Source: Ilumatobacteraceae bacterium
Lineage (GTDB): Bacteria; Actinomycetota; Acidimicrobiia; Acidimicrobiales; Ilumatobacteraceae
Assembly: GCA_009694465.1 (NCBI GenBank)
Contig: SHUW01000001.1
Span: 3,723 to 67,722 of the forward strand
Reading direction: 5' to 3'
DNA: 64,000 bases
The translations under genes and the position numbers were made by a program. Shown in pieces: positions 9,242 through 19,294 of the stretch (position 1 is its first letter; every line of letters begins with the position of its first letter). A model generated the notes under the pieces. That model worked only from the letters and a program-made list of their open reading frames with translations. It was not told the origin of the DNA and searched no databases.

Positions 9242-10053
9242 AAGGTAAGCCCATGACCCTGATGACCGATTCCACAAGCGTGGTCTTACTTGAGATCAAT
9301 GAACGCATCGCCACGATTACCTTGAATCGACCCGCTGCGCGCAATGCTCTGTCGTTCGAAGTCTTGAAACTTTTGCCACAACTGATGAAACAGGCAAACG
9401 CATCCGAGGATGTTGATGTCATCATTTTGACTGGCAGTGACCCTGCGTTTTGCGCTGGACTCGATCTCAAGGAACTTGGCTCCACGGGGGCCAATCTCGG
9501 GTCCGGTTCAGGTGCCGATGGTCGGCCCAACTCAGATGGCGTACGTGGCCCATTCCCGTTGCTTGATAAGCCTCTGATCGGTGCGGTCAACGGCGTCGCC
9601 ATCACTGGCGGATTTGAATTAGCGCTCAACTGCGATTTCTTGGTGGCTTCTGAAAATGCCAAGTTCGGCGATACCCACGCTCGGGTCGGCGTGATGCCAG
9701 GTTGGGGCCTGACGGTTTTATTGCCCCAGGCCATCGGATTACGCAGGGCCCGCGAAATGAGTTTCACCGGCAATTTCATGTTGGCCGATGAAGCCCTCGC
9801 CCGAGGTTTGGTCAATCATGTGGTTCCGCACGCTGATTTAATGCCATTTTCCCGCCAATTAGCCAAAGATATTTCTGGCAATGATCAGCTCGGTGTCCGC
9901 CAGATTCGTCGCACATATGGCGAAATCCATGCCGCCGTCGATGCTTGGAGTACCGAGGCTCGTGACGGAGCGATATGGCGCCGTGAACAATTCTCCACTG
10001 AAAAGGTTGAGGAGAGGCGTCGGGCGATACAAAAACGCGGTCAGCAACAATAA
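9238..10053 (+). CDS. Enoyl-CoA hydratase/isomerase family protein
   Basis: ITLNRPAARNAL, GSDPAFCAGLDLKE and GAVNGVAITGGFELALNCD. Paralogous to the CDS at 40311-41078. Confidence 0.85.
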   Translation: MKGKPMTLMTDSTSVVLLEINERIATITLNRPAARNALSFEVLKLLPQLMKQANASEDVDVIILTGSDPAFCAGLDLKELGSTGANLGSGSGADGRPNSDGVRGPFPLLDKPLIGAVNGVAITGGFELALNCDFLVASENAKFGDTHARVGVMPGWGLTVLLPQAIGLRRAREMSFTGNFMLADEALARGLVNHVVPHADLMPFSRQLAKDISGNDQLGVRQIRRTYGEIHAAVDAWSTEARDGAIWRREQFSTEKVEERRRAIQKRGQQQ

Positions 10054-10059
10054 AAGCCG

Positions 10060-10089
10060 CCCCAGAGTTTTCCACCCCAGAGTTTTCCA
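10060..10089. repeat. Perfect tandem duplication of the 15-mer CCCCAGAGTTTTCCA
   Basis: Read directly: 10060-10074 and 10075-10089 are identical. It lies 7 nt after the crotonase stop and 78 nt before the BMP lipoprotein start. Confidence 0.95.
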
Positions 10090-10167
10090 AGGGTCCCTCG
10101 TCTATGTACTACCATGAAGTCACCATCCGTCAGGCACATGGCTTGGCGATTACGGGGAGGAAAATAC

Positions 10168-11199
10168 ATGCGTAAGAAATCAAAAATAATTGCGTCGTCA
10201 CTCATCGCTCTCAGCCTTTTTGCGGCTGCTTGTGGTAGCGACGATAAAGCATCAAGCGACGTCATCGCCGGCGTGGCCTTTGATACTGGCGGCCGTGGCG
10301 ACGGTACCTTCAATGACTCAGCAGCAACTGGTGGCGAGCAAGCCGCTAGTGAACTTGGTGTTGAGATCAAAGAACTTGAAGCAACTGTCGACGAAGACCG
10401 CAAGGCCAACCTTGAACTCCTCGTTGAAGGTGGCGCCAAAGTCATCGTTGGAGTTGGTTTCATGTTCACCGACCCAATGACCGAGATTGCTACTGCCAAT
10501 CCTGAAGTTGCATTCGGCATCGTCGACGGCTTCATCGGTGGAGCTTGTGGAGACGCCCCGACTTTGACCAACGTGGCTTGTCTACTGTTCGCCGCTGGCC
10601 AGGGTTCATTCCTTGTTGGTGCAGCAGCAGCTTTGAAGAGCGAGACGGGTCACATCGGATTCATCGGTGGACAAGAAATTGACCTCATCAAGGAATTCGA
10701 AGCTGGCTATACCGCTGGAGCGAAGTACGTCAATGCAGACATCATTGTGGACGTGAAGTACCTCGGACCAGCCGGTGACAACTCCGCTTGGGGCAACGTT
10801 GCTGGCGCCAAAGAAATCGCCGCCGGCTGGTATGCCGCTGGCGCTGACATCATCTACACCGCTGCCGGCGGTTCAGGTGCAGGCACCATCGAAGCAGCCA
10901 TTGAGGCTGACAAGTGGGCCATTGGTGTGGACAGCGACCAGTACCTCACTGCAGGTACTCCAGAAGCACAGGCTCACATCTTGACTTCAATGATCAAGCG
11001 AGTTGACGTTTCGGTCTTCGAAACCATCAAGGCAGCCTCAGAGGGTACGCCCTTTGCTGGTGTCAAGATGTTCGACCTCAGCAATGACGGCGTTGGCTAC
11101 TCCACCTCAGGTGGATACCTCGATGACATCGTCGCTGAGCTTGACGCAATTAAGGCCAAGATTGTCGCCGGTGAAATCACCGTTCCAGCAATGCCCTAA
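10168..11199 (+). CDS. BMP-family (PnrA/Med-like) ABC substrate-binding lipoprotein, probable nucleoside binding
   Basis: Start at the ATG at 10168, preceded by GGGGAGG. Lipobox LFAAACGSDD. BMP-family body (GFIGG, GVDSDQ). Confidence 0.85.
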   Translation: MRKKSKIIASSLIALSLFAAACGSDDKASSDVIAGVAFDTGGRGDGTFNDSAATGGEQAASELGVEIKELEATVDEDRKANLELLVEGGAKVIVGVGFMFTDPMTEIATANPEVAFGIVDGFIGGACGDAPTLTNVACLLFAAGQGSFLVGAAAALKSETGHIGFIGGQEIDLIKEFEAGYTAGAKYVNADIIVDVKYLGPAGDNSAWGNVAGAKEIAAGWYAAGADIIYTAAGGSGAGTIEAAIEADKWAIGVDSDQYLTAGTPEAQAHILTSMIKRVDVSVFETIKAASEGTPFAGVKMFDLSNDGVGYSTSGGYLDDIVAELDAIKAKIVAGEITVPAMP

Positions 11200-11224
11200 T
11201 CCAGTCATTATGTGTTAGTTAGTC

Positions 11225-11253
11225 GAGGACCCGGGTCATTGACCCGGGTCCTC
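11225..11253 (+). other. 13-bp GC-rich stem-loop between the SBP and ATPase genes (intra-operon attenuator or mRNA stabiliser candidate)
   Basis: GAGGACCCGGGTC-ATT-GACCCGGGTCCTC with perfectly complementary arms. There is no clear U-tract downstream (TGCTATAAAAGG). Confidence 0.6.
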
Positions 11254-11285
11254 TGCTATAAAAGGTATGTGCTTCAAGGGGAAAT

Positions 11286-12842
11286 ATGAGCGAGAATTCA
11301 GAATCACACAGTGGACCCTTAGCAGTTGAACTGCATGGGATTAGCAAAAGTTTCCCTGGCGTCATCGCAAACTATGCAATTGAACTGATGGTGCGGCCTG
11401 GAACCATTCACGCCATTGTTGGCGAGAACGGGGCAGGTAAATCAACACTGATGAAAACGCTGTACGGCATGCATCAGCCTGATGACGGCACGATTACGGT
11501 CAACGGACATGCGGTGCAGTTCAAGACTCCAACCGAGGCGATCGCTGCCGGTATCGGCATGGTCCATCAACACTTCATGCTCGCTGACAATCTCACGATC
11601 ATTGAAAACATCATTCTTGGCGCCGAACCCACCGATAACCGAGGCCGCATCAATTTCGGTGTGGCTCGTGAGCGCATCGAAGTTTTGATGGCTTCACTCG
11701 GAGCAACATTTGATCCTGGCACCAATGTCTCTGAACTGGGTGTCGGCCAACGGCAAAGAGTCGAGATTCTTAAAGTTTTGTATCGCGGTGCAAAAATTTT
11801 GATTCTTGACGAACCAACAGCCGTACTCGTACCTCAAGAGGTTGAAGAACTTTTCGAGACTTTGAAGCGCCTTGTGCTTGATGGGTCAACGGTGATCTTC
11901 ATTTCCCACAAACTTGATGAAGTCCTCACCTATTGCGATGAGATCACCGTGATGCGCCAAGGTACAACAGTCGCCCACACAACCCCAGCCCAAGTTGATC
12001 GCCGCACTCTCGCCCAACTCATGGTCGGAAGCGACCTGCCCGATCCATCTGGACGCGAGACCGAGGTTGGCGAAGACATTCGTCTGCAAGTTTTGGGATT
12101 GAATGTGGCTAGTGAGATTCCTGGGGCAAAACTGGCACTACAAGACATCAACATCAATGTGCACTCTGGGGAAATCGTTGGCATAGCAGGAGTTGAAGGC
12201 AACGGACAATTTGAACTGTGCGAGGCGATTCTAGGTTTGCGCCCGAAGTTGTCTGGCACGATATCTGTGGGCGGCAACGAGTTATCCGGTAGCGACACAC
12301 GAACTCGCAGGGAAATGGGATTGTCGTACATCGCCTTTGACCGACATCGCGAAGGACTCCTACTCGATTCGCCACTGTGGGAAAATACTTTTCTCGGACG
12401 CGAAGAAAATGCAACGCTCACCGCGGGCCCATTCATGAAAAATCGCAGCATTGAAGCCGATAGTCGCGTCATCATTGAGCGCTTCGGGGTTTTGACTCCA
12501 AGTGAACAAGTCCCTGCCTTTGCCCTCTCTGGCGGCAATCAACAAAAACTTGTGGTGGGCCGCGAAATGGCCAGCAATCCGAAAATTTTATTGGCAGCCC
12601 ATCCCACTCGCGGTGTCGATGTCGGCGCCCAGTCTGCAATCTGGGATGAGTTGCGCATTGCACGCGATCGTGGTCTCGCAGTTCTCCTGATTTCGGCCGA
12701 CCTTGAAGAACTCATCGGCTTATCGGACCGCATCCTCGTGATGTTTGATGGTCACATCACTGCCGAACTAGATCCGAACACTGCCACACCAGAAATGCTC
12801 GGTACATACATGACTGGTGGAGAGATAGTGACTTCCCTATGA
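11286..12842 (+). CDS. ABC transporter ATP-binding protein with two fused NBDs (sugar/nucleoside CUT2 type)
   Basis: Walker A GENGAGKST, signature LGVGQRQRVEI, and a second NBD with LSGGNQQK. SD AAGGGG lies before the ATG. Confidence 0.9.
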   Translation: MSENSESHSGPLAVELHGISKSFPGVIANYAIELMVRPGTIHAIVGENGAGKSTLMKTLYGMHQPDDGTITVNGHAVQFKTPTEAIAAGIGMVHQHFMLADNLTIIENIILGAEPTDNRGRINFGVARERIEVLMASLGATFDPGTNVSELGVGQRQRVEILKVLYRGAKILILDEPTAVLVPQEVEELFETLKRLVLDGSTVIFISHKLDEVLTYCDEITVMRQGTTVAHTTPAQVDRRTLAQLMVGSDLPDPSGRETEVGEDIRLQVLGLNVASEIPGAKLALQDININVHSGEIVGIAGVEGNGQFELCEAILGLRPKLSGTISVGGNELSGSDTRTRREMGLSYIAFDRHREGLLLDSPLWENTFLGREENATLTAGPFMKNRSIEADSRVIIERFGVLTPSEQVPAFALSGGNQQKLVVGREMASNPKILLAAHPTRGVDVGAQSAIWDELRIARDRGLAVLLISADLEELIGLSDRILVMFDGHITAELDPNTATPEMLGTYMTGGEIVTSL

Positions 12843-13924
12843 AGAGTCAACGATTACAACGCGTGCTAGTGACATCGGCAAGTTCATTGCTGGCTGTCTT
12901 TGTTGCTCTGTGCATTTGTGCAGTGATCTTATTGATTACCGGCAAGGATCCAATCCAGGCCTACAGCACTCTGTTTGGAGCTGCGGGAGATATAAAAGTT
13001 TTGCAGGGCACGCTGAATCGCGCTACCCCCTTAATGATTTCGGCTGCCGCGGTGGCGATCGGTTTCAAAATGAATCTCTTCAATATCGGAGTTGAAGGTC
13101 AAATGCGCGTGGCGCTGCTGGCAACAGCCGTTGCCGGCGCCGCTATCGACTTACCTGCACCGTTACACATTCTTTTCTCCCTCGTCGTGGCGATGGCGAC
13201 TGGCGCCATTTGGGCGGCATTCGCAGGCTGGCTCAAGGTCAAGCGCGGCGTCAACGAAGTCATTTCCACGATCATGCTCAACTTTGTGGCCTTAAGTTTG
13301 GTGGCATGGGCTTTCAAGAGTTTCTTCACCGCCGATAATGCTCCTGGGGTATTGCTGGCAAAGACCAAAGAGTTACCACCTTCTGCTTGGTTTCCCGACA
13401 TTGTTGAGCGGCGCCTCAATGGCATGTTCTTCATAGCCATTCTGGTTCTTGTGTTGTTCTATGTGCTGGTGTGGAAGACCAAGTTCGGATTTCAATTACG
13501 TGCTTCAGGAGCAAATCCAGGTGCTGCTCGCGTCACGGGTGTCAATCCCAAGCGCATGGTCATGATTTCCATGCTGATGTCAGGCGCACTTGCTGGCTTG
13601 GTCGGCATGCGCGCGCTTCTCGGCGATGTCCACGCTTATCAAAACAATTTGGCAGAGCAACAGGGTTTCAACGGAATTGCTGTCGCTCTACTTGGTCGCA
13701 ATCATCCTCTCGGAATTTTTATTTCCGCCTTGCTCTTTGGCTATCTCGGTGAGGCATCAGGCCGCCTGCAACTCGAAGATATTCCCAAAGAAATCACCAC
13801 CATCATGACTGGAATCATTGTTCTTGCCGTGGTGATTATCAATGAGGCAGTGAAACGTTGGGATGACAAACGTATTCAACACAAGGCAGCCTTGGCTTTG
13901 GCAACTCGGGTGGTTGCGGAATGA
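12839..13924 (+). CDS. ABC transporter permease (BMP/nucleoside system)
   Basis: Multi-TM protein with an ATGA overlap to the ATPase gene. CUT2-type permease pattern. Confidence 0.85.
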   Translation: MKSQRLQRVLVTSASSLLAVFVALCICAVILLITGKDPIQAYSTLFGAAGDIKVLQGTLNRATPLMISAAAVAIGFKMNLFNIGVEGQMRVALLATAVAGAAIDLPAPLHILFSLVVAMATGAIWAAFAGWLKVKRGVNEVISTIMLNFVALSLVAWAFKSFFTADNAPGVLLAKTKELPPSAWFPDIVERRLNGMFFIAILVLVLFYVLVWKTKFGFQLRASGANPGAARVTGVNPKRMVMISMLMSGALAGLVGMRALLGDVHAYQNNLAEQQGFNGIAVALLGRNHPLGIFISALLFGYLGEASGRLQLEDIPKEITTIMTGIIVLAVVIINEAVKRWDDKRIQHKAALALATRVVAE

Positions 13925-15177
13925 AATTCTTGCAAACCCTTTCCGTGGCACGTCGCACAATTTTTTTGTCACTTGGTTTCATGCTGGTCTTATCTGCCGT
14001 GCGACTCATCACAAACGCCGATGACATCACGAGTTCAGGCACAATCTCATCAACAATGCGTGTTGCCACACCAATCTTGTTGGCTGGGTTGGCAGGCCTG
14101 TGGGCTGAGCGCGTCGGCATCGTCAATATCGGCATCGAAGGCATGATGATCATCGGCACTTGGTTCGGTGGCTACGGAGCATGGAAATGGGGTTCATGGG
14201 CTGGTATCGCTCTGGCGATCATCGCTGGATCTCTCGTCGGCTTACTCCACGCATTGGCAACTGTTCGCTTCAATGTCAACCACGTTGTCTCTGGCATTGC
14301 TATCAATATTTTGGCGGCGGGAGCCACTGAATACCTCTCCATCATTTTCTTCAAAGGACAAAAAGGTGGAGGAGAAAGTCAGTCACCGACAGGCAAGGGT
14401 GGCTACGGCGAATTTGATATGCCGTTTCTCACTGGAGGACGCGTCGGCTCGTGGCGTAGCCCCGACATTTTAGGTTGGATCGAACGCAAGCATGATCTGC
14501 CACTATTGCCTGATCTGGCTGGTTTTGCACGTGGTCTCCTGAGCGACGTGTATGTCCCCACTCTCTTAGCCATCGCCCTGGTTCCCCTCACGGGTTACAT
14601 TTTGTGGCGCACGCGCTTCGGCTTGCGACTGCGCTCTAGTGGCGAATCACCTCAGGCGGGCGAAAGTTTGGGCGTACCGATCAATCGCTTGCGCTATCAG
14701 GCAATGGCAGTGAGCGGTGGACTAGCCGGCTTCGCAGGTGCCTACCTGTCCTGTGTCTTCACCAGCACCTACCGTCAAGGTCAAACTGGCGGTCAAGGAT
14801 ATATCGGTTTAGCTACAACAATTTTTGGCAACTGGAATCCTTTCGGAGTCTTACGTGGCGCAATTCTTTTTGGCTTCCCCACCGCCTTGAAATTCCGTGA
14901 TGAAAAAAATGTTCCAGCATTGCTATTGGTAGTGGCGACTGTCCTAGTCGTCGTTGCCATCATCAGCTTCACACGTCAGAAACAGATCTTGGCTATGGGG
15001 TTGCTCTTCGGTTCCGCTCTCAGCGCCACCACCTATTTCTTGGTTGACGAAGTGCCACAAGAGTTTGTAGCGGCAACTCCATACATTGTCACCATCTTGG
15101 TTCTTGTCGGCGCCCAGCAACAGTTGCGACCACCAGCTCATGCCGGTGCGCCATACCGCGCTGGCGAAAACCACTAA
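13921..15177 (+). CDS. ABC transporter permease (BMP/nucleoside system), second subunit
   Basis: Multi-TM protein with an ATGA overlap to the upstream permease. Confidence 0.85.
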   Translation: MKFLQTLSVARRTIFLSLGFMLVLSAVRLITNADDITSSGTISSTMRVATPILLAGLAGLWAERVGIVNIGIEGMMIIGTWFGGYGAWKWGSWAGIALAIIAGSLVGLLHALATVRFNVNHVVSGIAINILAAGATEYLSIIFFKGQKGGGESQSPTGKGGYGEFDMPFLTGGRVGSWRSPDILGWIERKHDLPLLPDLAGFARGLLSDVYVPTLLAIALVPLTGYILWRTRFGLRLRSSGESPQAGESLGVPINRLRYQAMAVSGGLAGFAGAYLSCVFTSTYRQGQTGGQGYIGLATTIFGNWNPFGVLRGAILFGFPTALKFRDEKNVPALLLVVATVLVVVAIISFTRQKQILAMGLLFGSALSATTYFLVDEVPQEFVAATPYIVTILVLVGAQQQLRPPAHAGAPYRAGENH

Positions 15178-15183
15178 CGCTTG

Positions 15184-15615
15184 TCAGTGACCGAGGCTGG
15201 CGACAGCCTGAACCTCAATGCCTCCCCGCGGGCGTTGCGTCAAGGTCACCGTGACTTTGTGAGGCTTGGCGGAATGCATAATTTCACCGGCGATTTCTGC
15301 TGCTAAGGCTTCAGCGAAAACGGCCCGATCACGGAAGTTCCAGAGGTACAACTTCAGGCTTTTAGATTCGACACACCACTCGAGAGGCTGATATTCGATC
15401 ACCACATGCGACAGATCGGGTTGCTTGGTGACTGGGCACATCGATGAAAGTTCGTCGGTTGTAAAACGCACGATATCCACATTGGCAGGTGCCGGAAAGA
15501 CCTCGACATGTTCAATGGACTCACGTACCGTGGATCCGAGCACAGTTAACTTGGCGTGCTGATCGGCGATGGAGGTGGCTGACTTATCAACGTTTGGCTC
15601 TATATCCATAGCCAC
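15184..15615 (-). CDS. queF: NADPH-dependent 7-cyano-7-deazaguanine (preQ0) reductase, type I
   Basis: Catalytic Cys context SMCPVTKQPD and the downstream EYQP...ESKSLKLYL motif are characteristic of unimodular QueF. Confidence 0.85.
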   Translation of the reverse strand: MAMDIEPNVDKSATSIADQHAKLTVLGSTVRESIEHVEVFPAPANVDIVRFTTDELSSMCPVTKQPDLSHVVIEYQPLEWCVESKSLKLYLWNFRDRAVFAEALAAEIAGEIMHSAKPHKVTVTLTQRPRGGIEVQAVASLGH

Positions 15616-15687
15616 AGGGTAAAGGTCGCAGGGCCTGACCGCACCCGACGGTTCACCGTTCTTGCGATATACCTCTAGAATCCTCCT

Positions 15688-16563
15688 ATGGGCAGAGTGT
15701 TAACTGAACAACAGATTGCCGATTACCACCGCAATGGGTTTTTAGTGATTCCCGATTTCGTTACGTCCCAGGCCTGCCATGAACTCAAGACTCGAGCCGA
15801 AGAAATCCTGGCATCCTTTGACGCCGAGAGTGACCGCAGCGTGTTCACCACCAACGAACAGTCCCGTCATGCCGACCAGCAATTCATCGACTCGGCGACT
15901 GGCATCCACTGTTTCTTTGAAGAAGAGGCATTTGATGAGCAAGGAATCTTGCGTCAAGCCAAAGAAGTCAGCGTCAACAAAATTGGACACGCCATGCACG
16001 ACCTTGATCCCGTTTTTGAGGCATTCAGTTACACAGAAAAACTTGCCACAGTGGCGAGCGACATTGGTATGCCTGATCCCCTCGCGCTGCAATCCATGTA
16101 CATCTGTAAGCAACAACATATTGGGGGCGAAGTTAGCTGTCATCAAGACGCAACTTTTTTGTATACCGACCCGATCACAGTTGTTGGCTTTTGGTTTGCG
16201 ATTGAGGATGCCACTCTAGAAAATGGTTGCTTGTGGGCAGCACCAGGCGGACATAAAACGACACTCCGCCAAAAGTTCGTGCGTAATGAGGCTAACGACG
16301 GGGCAACATTTGATGTTCTTGACGCTGCACCTCTCCCCATGCCTCCAACCGATCTTGTACCCCTTGAAGCCAGCGCCGGAACGCTCGTCATTCTTCATGC
16401 TTTATTGCCACACTGGAGCGGTGTGAATCGCAGCGACAAGAGTCGTCATGCCTATTCGCTCCATTGCATTAGCGAATCAAGCTCATATCCACAATGGAAC
16501 TGGTTGCAACGTAACTCTCAGTTACCGCTGCGACGACTAGACAAAGTAGCGGCCTCACTGTGA
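15688..16563 (+). CDS. Phytanoyl-CoA dioxygenase (PhyH)-family Fe(II)/2-oxoglutarate oxygenase
   Basis: N-terminal [12 protein letters not shown]. HxD facial triad in SCHQDATF, distal His in LLPHWSG and Arg in NRS. Confidence 0.8.
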   Translation: MGRVLTEQQIADYHRNGFLVIPDFVTSQACHELKTRAEEILASFDAESDRSVFTTNEQSRHADQQFIDSATGIHCFFEEEAFDEQGILRQAKEVSVNKIGHAMHDLDPVFEAFSYTEKLATVASDIGMPDPLALQSMYICKQQHIGGEVSCHQDATFLYTDPITVVGFWFAIEDATLENGCLWAAPGGHKTTLRQKFVRNEANDGATFDVLDAAPLPMPPTDLVPLEASAGTLVILHALLPHWSGVNRSDKSRHAYSLHCISESSSYPQWNWLQRNSQLPLRRLDKVAASL

Positions 16564-17651
16564 GCGTGAGCCCAGATCTTCTGCAACGCGCACCTAAGGC
16601 GTTGCTCCACGATCACTTGGATGGTGGACTTCGACCCGCAACAGTGATTGAACTTGCCGCAGAATATGGCTACAAAAATTTGCCCACAACCGATATTGAT
16701 GACCTCTCAAAATGGTTTCACCGCGGTGCTAAGCGCAATGATTTAGTCCTCTATCTTGAGACCTTCGCCCACACCGTTGGCGTGATGCAAGACAGAGATG
16801 CCATTGAACGAGTGGCCTTTGAATGTGCTCATGATCTCGCCACCGAGGGGGTCGTCTATGCCGAAGTGCGTATGGCACCCGAGTTGTGCACTGAAAAGGG
16901 ACTCACACTTGATGAGGTGATGCAGGCCATCATGGACGGATTTGCTCGAGGTAGCGCAGGCACCGAACTTTCGATCTACGCCATTTGTTCGGCGATGCGC
17001 ACAGCCCGACGGAGTTTAGAAATCGCAGAACTTGCGGTGCGTTGGCGAGACCGTGGGGTCGTTGGTTTTGATATCGCTGGAGCAGAAGCCGGTCACCCGC
17101 CAACACGCCATCTTGAAGCCTTCAACCACGTCCAGCGTGAGAATTTTCACTCCACGATTCATGCCGGGGAAGCTTTCGGCTTACCAAGTATCTGGGAGGC
17201 CGTGCAACTATGTGGCGCTGAGCGACTAGGTCATGGCGTACGCATTGTGGATGACATCACAGGGGACGCAGGCTCTGAGCAACTTGGTCGCCTGGCGTCC
17301 TATGTACGAGATCGTCGCATTCCACTCGAATTGTGCCCAACGAGCAACGTCAACACTGGAGTCTGCGCCTCAATCGCCGATCACCCCATTGGGATGTTGC
17401 GGCGTTTGCGCTTTCGAGTCACAGTGAACACTGACAATCGCCTGATGAGCGATACGAGTATGACCAAAGAGTTCACTCAATTGTCGGAGGCATTTGGGTG
17501 GGGTCTCGAGGACTTTGAATGGCTCACCTTAAATGCGATGAAGAGTGCCTTCGCCCCGTTTCCAGAGCGCCTACGGATTATCAACGGCTTAGTCAAACCC
17601 CGCTATGCCTTATTGAAGGCTGAACTTGCCATGGGGACGCAGACGCGCTGA
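16560..17651 (+). CDS. add: Adenosine deaminase
   Basis: [15 protein letters not shown], and [10 protein letters not shown] motifs. GTGA overlap with the PhyH-like gene. Confidence 0.9.
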   Translation: MSVSPDLLQRAPKALLHDHLDGGLRPATVIELAAEYGYKNLPTTDIDDLSKWFHRGAKRNDLVLYLETFAHTVGVMQDRDAIERVAFECAHDLATEGVVYAEVRMAPELCTEKGLTLDEVMQAIMDGFARGSAGTELSIYAICSAMRTARRSLEIAELAVRWRDRGVVGFDIAGAEAGHPPTRHLEAFNHVQRENFHSTIHAGEAFGLPSIWEAVQLCGAERLGHGVRIVDDITGDAGSEQLGRLASYVRDRRIPLELCPTSNVNTGVCASIADHPIGMLRRLRFRVTVNTDNRLMSDTSMTKEFTQLSEAFGWGLEDFEWLTLNAMKSAFAPFPERLRIINGLVKPRYALLKAELAMGTQTR

Positions 17652-18319
17652 TGCGCGAGAATAGTGTCATGGCTCAAACCTCAGGCACCGTCGAAGTAAC
17701 AGTTGTTGAACACCCGTTGATCGCTGATTCGCTGACGCGAATCAGAGATGTCTCGACACCCAATGCTTTATTTCGCCAAGAACTTGAGCGCGTCGGAACT
17801 TTATTGCTCGCCGAAGCCACGCGTGATCTACCGACAACCGCGGTGCGAGTCCAGACACCTCTTGTTGAAACAGCGGGTCAGGCACTCAGCAGCCAACCAG
17901 TCGTTGTACCAGTTTTGCGCGCGGGATTAGGGTTCCTCCACGCCGCACAAGAATTGATGCCCAATGCCGATGTCGGTTTCGTAGGCATCAGTCGCGATGA
18001 AATAACTTTTGAACCTAAGCCCTACGTCAACAAATTGCCAGAAACTTTAGCGGGCCGTACATGCATCGTCTTGGATCCAATGTTGGCCACTGGTGGATCC
18101 TTGGCCCACGCATGTGAACTGTTGATGCAACGCCATGCCACAGGCCCGATCACAGTGATTTGTGTTTTGGCCGCACCCGAAGGTATCGAGTACCTGCGAA
18201 CCACAGGACTTAACTTGCGTATCTTTACTGCGGCCCTCGACGAACGACTCAATGAGAACGCCTTTATTGTCCCTGGACTCGGTGATGCTGGCGACCGTCA
18301 ATTCGGTGCCCCCCACTGA
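17651..18319 (+). CDS. upp: Uracil phosphoribosyltransferase
   Basis: PRPP-binding loop IVLDPMLATGGS and C-terminal IVPGLGDAGDR. Confidence 0.85.
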   Translation: MRENSVMAQTSGTVEVTVVEHPLIADSLTRIRDVSTPNALFRQELERVGTLLLAEATRDLPTTAVRVQTPLVETAGQALSSQPVVVPVLRAGLGFLHAAQELMPNADVGFVGISRDEITFEPKPYVNKLPETLAGRTCIVLDPMLATGGSLAHACELLMQRHATGPITVICVLAAPEGIEYLRTTGLNLRIFTAALDERLNENAFIVPGLGDAGDRQFGAPH

Positions 18320-18320
18320 A

Positions 18321-19211
18321 TTACATGGGTGGGCCACCCCAAACTGGAATCCCAGAAGGCGTGCCACCAAACATCTCGTCCTTAGCCGCAATCAAACCTT
18401 CAACCGTCCACTTCTGACCTCCACCAGAGATCGAATTGGCGATTTCGGCTGGTCGCATCCGATGAACTTGATCCCCTAAGACGATAAATGTTTGAGCGTT
18501 GATATCGCTCGCCGCATCACTCGCCAAGAACGCCACCATAGGACTGATATTGGCTGGGTCATACTTATCAAAACCTTCACTCGGTTGAGCGAACTTTGGA
18601 TTCACTTGCGTCATCGGCGTACGCGCCCGCGGTGCGATGCAATTCACCGTGACGTTATAACGGCTAAGTTCGCGCGCTAAAACCAGCGTCATCGTCAAGA
18701 TGCCGCCTTTGGCCGAGCCATAGTTGCTCTGCGCTGGCCCACCAAACAAACCACTTTCACTGGTTGTCATGATGATGCGCCGAGCTGGTAGAACTGCTCC
18801 CTCCCCCATCTCTTTGGCAACGTTGCGCCAATGCACCGCCGCGAAATGGGCGGGAGCAAAGTGTCCTTTGAGATGCACTCCCACAACGCTGTCAAATTGT
18901 TGCTCTTCCATCGAGAAACTCATGCCATCACGAATGAACCCAGCGTTATTGACCAAAATATCCAGATCACCGAATTCATCAATCGCTCGTTGCACTAAAG
19001 CTTGCGCCGCCGACCAATCGGTGACACTCCCACGCTGTGCCACGCAACGACCCCCAGCGGCCACAATGCTGGCAGCAACTTCATCAGCAGATTCTCCAAG
19101 GTCATTGACCACCACGGCAGCGCCTTCGGCTGCTAAAAGTTCGGCATGACAACGACCCACGCCCTGACCCGCTCCAGTCACGATCGCAACTTTTCCGTTG
19201 AGTGCACCCAT
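18321..19211 (-). CDS. SDR-family oxidoreductase (FabG/MaoC-partner-like)
   Basis: TGAGQGVGR Rossmann motif, NNAG, and YGSAK catalytic tetrad. Confidence 0.85.
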   Translation of the reverse strand: MGALNGKVAIVTGAGQGVGRCHAELLAAEGAAVVVNDLGESADEVAASIVAAGGRCVAQRGSVTDWSAAQALVQRAIDEFGDLDILVNNAGFIRDGMSFSMEEQQFDSVVGVHLKGHFAPAHFAAVHWRNVAKEMGEGAVLPARRIIMTTSESGLFGGPAQSNYGSAKGGILTMTLVLARELSRYNVTVNCIAPRARTPMTQVNPKFAQPSEGFDKYDPANISPMVAFLASDAASDINAQTFIVLGDQVHRMRPAEIANSISGGGQKWTVEGLIAAKDEMFGGTPSGIPVWGGPPM

Positions 19212-19259
19212 TGTTCAAACCCTTCGTCAGTCCGACGAGGCTGTGGTGCTTCGCCAAAT

Positions 19260-19282
19260 GTTTCTGATACCGTGTCAAAAAC
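19260..19282. promoter_or_regulatory. Candidate operator, copy 1 (GTTTCTGAT-ACCGT-GTCAAAAAC)
   Basis: Lies in the 83-bp gap between divergent SDR genes (starts at 19211 and 19295). Each arm has one mismatch to the consensus. Confidence 0.6.
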
Positions 19283-19294
19283 TAGTCGGGATCA

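Noticed and set aside
10054-10167. Purine or 2'-dG-type riboswitch upstream of the nucleoside-type ABC operon.
   Set aside because: I saw no three-way-junction motif (conserved UAUAAU...GUUUCUACC-like blocks) in the leader. Only the 15-bp tandem repeat stands out.
15616-15687. Possible preQ1 riboswitch upstream of queF.
   Set aside because: The minus-strand leader (…GGTGAACCGTCGGGTGCGGTCAGGCCCTGCGACCTTTACCCTGTGGCT-ATG) lacks the short P1 hairpin followed by the A-rich tail that is characteristic of preQ1-I/II. I found no convincing fit by eye. A cmsearch would settle it.
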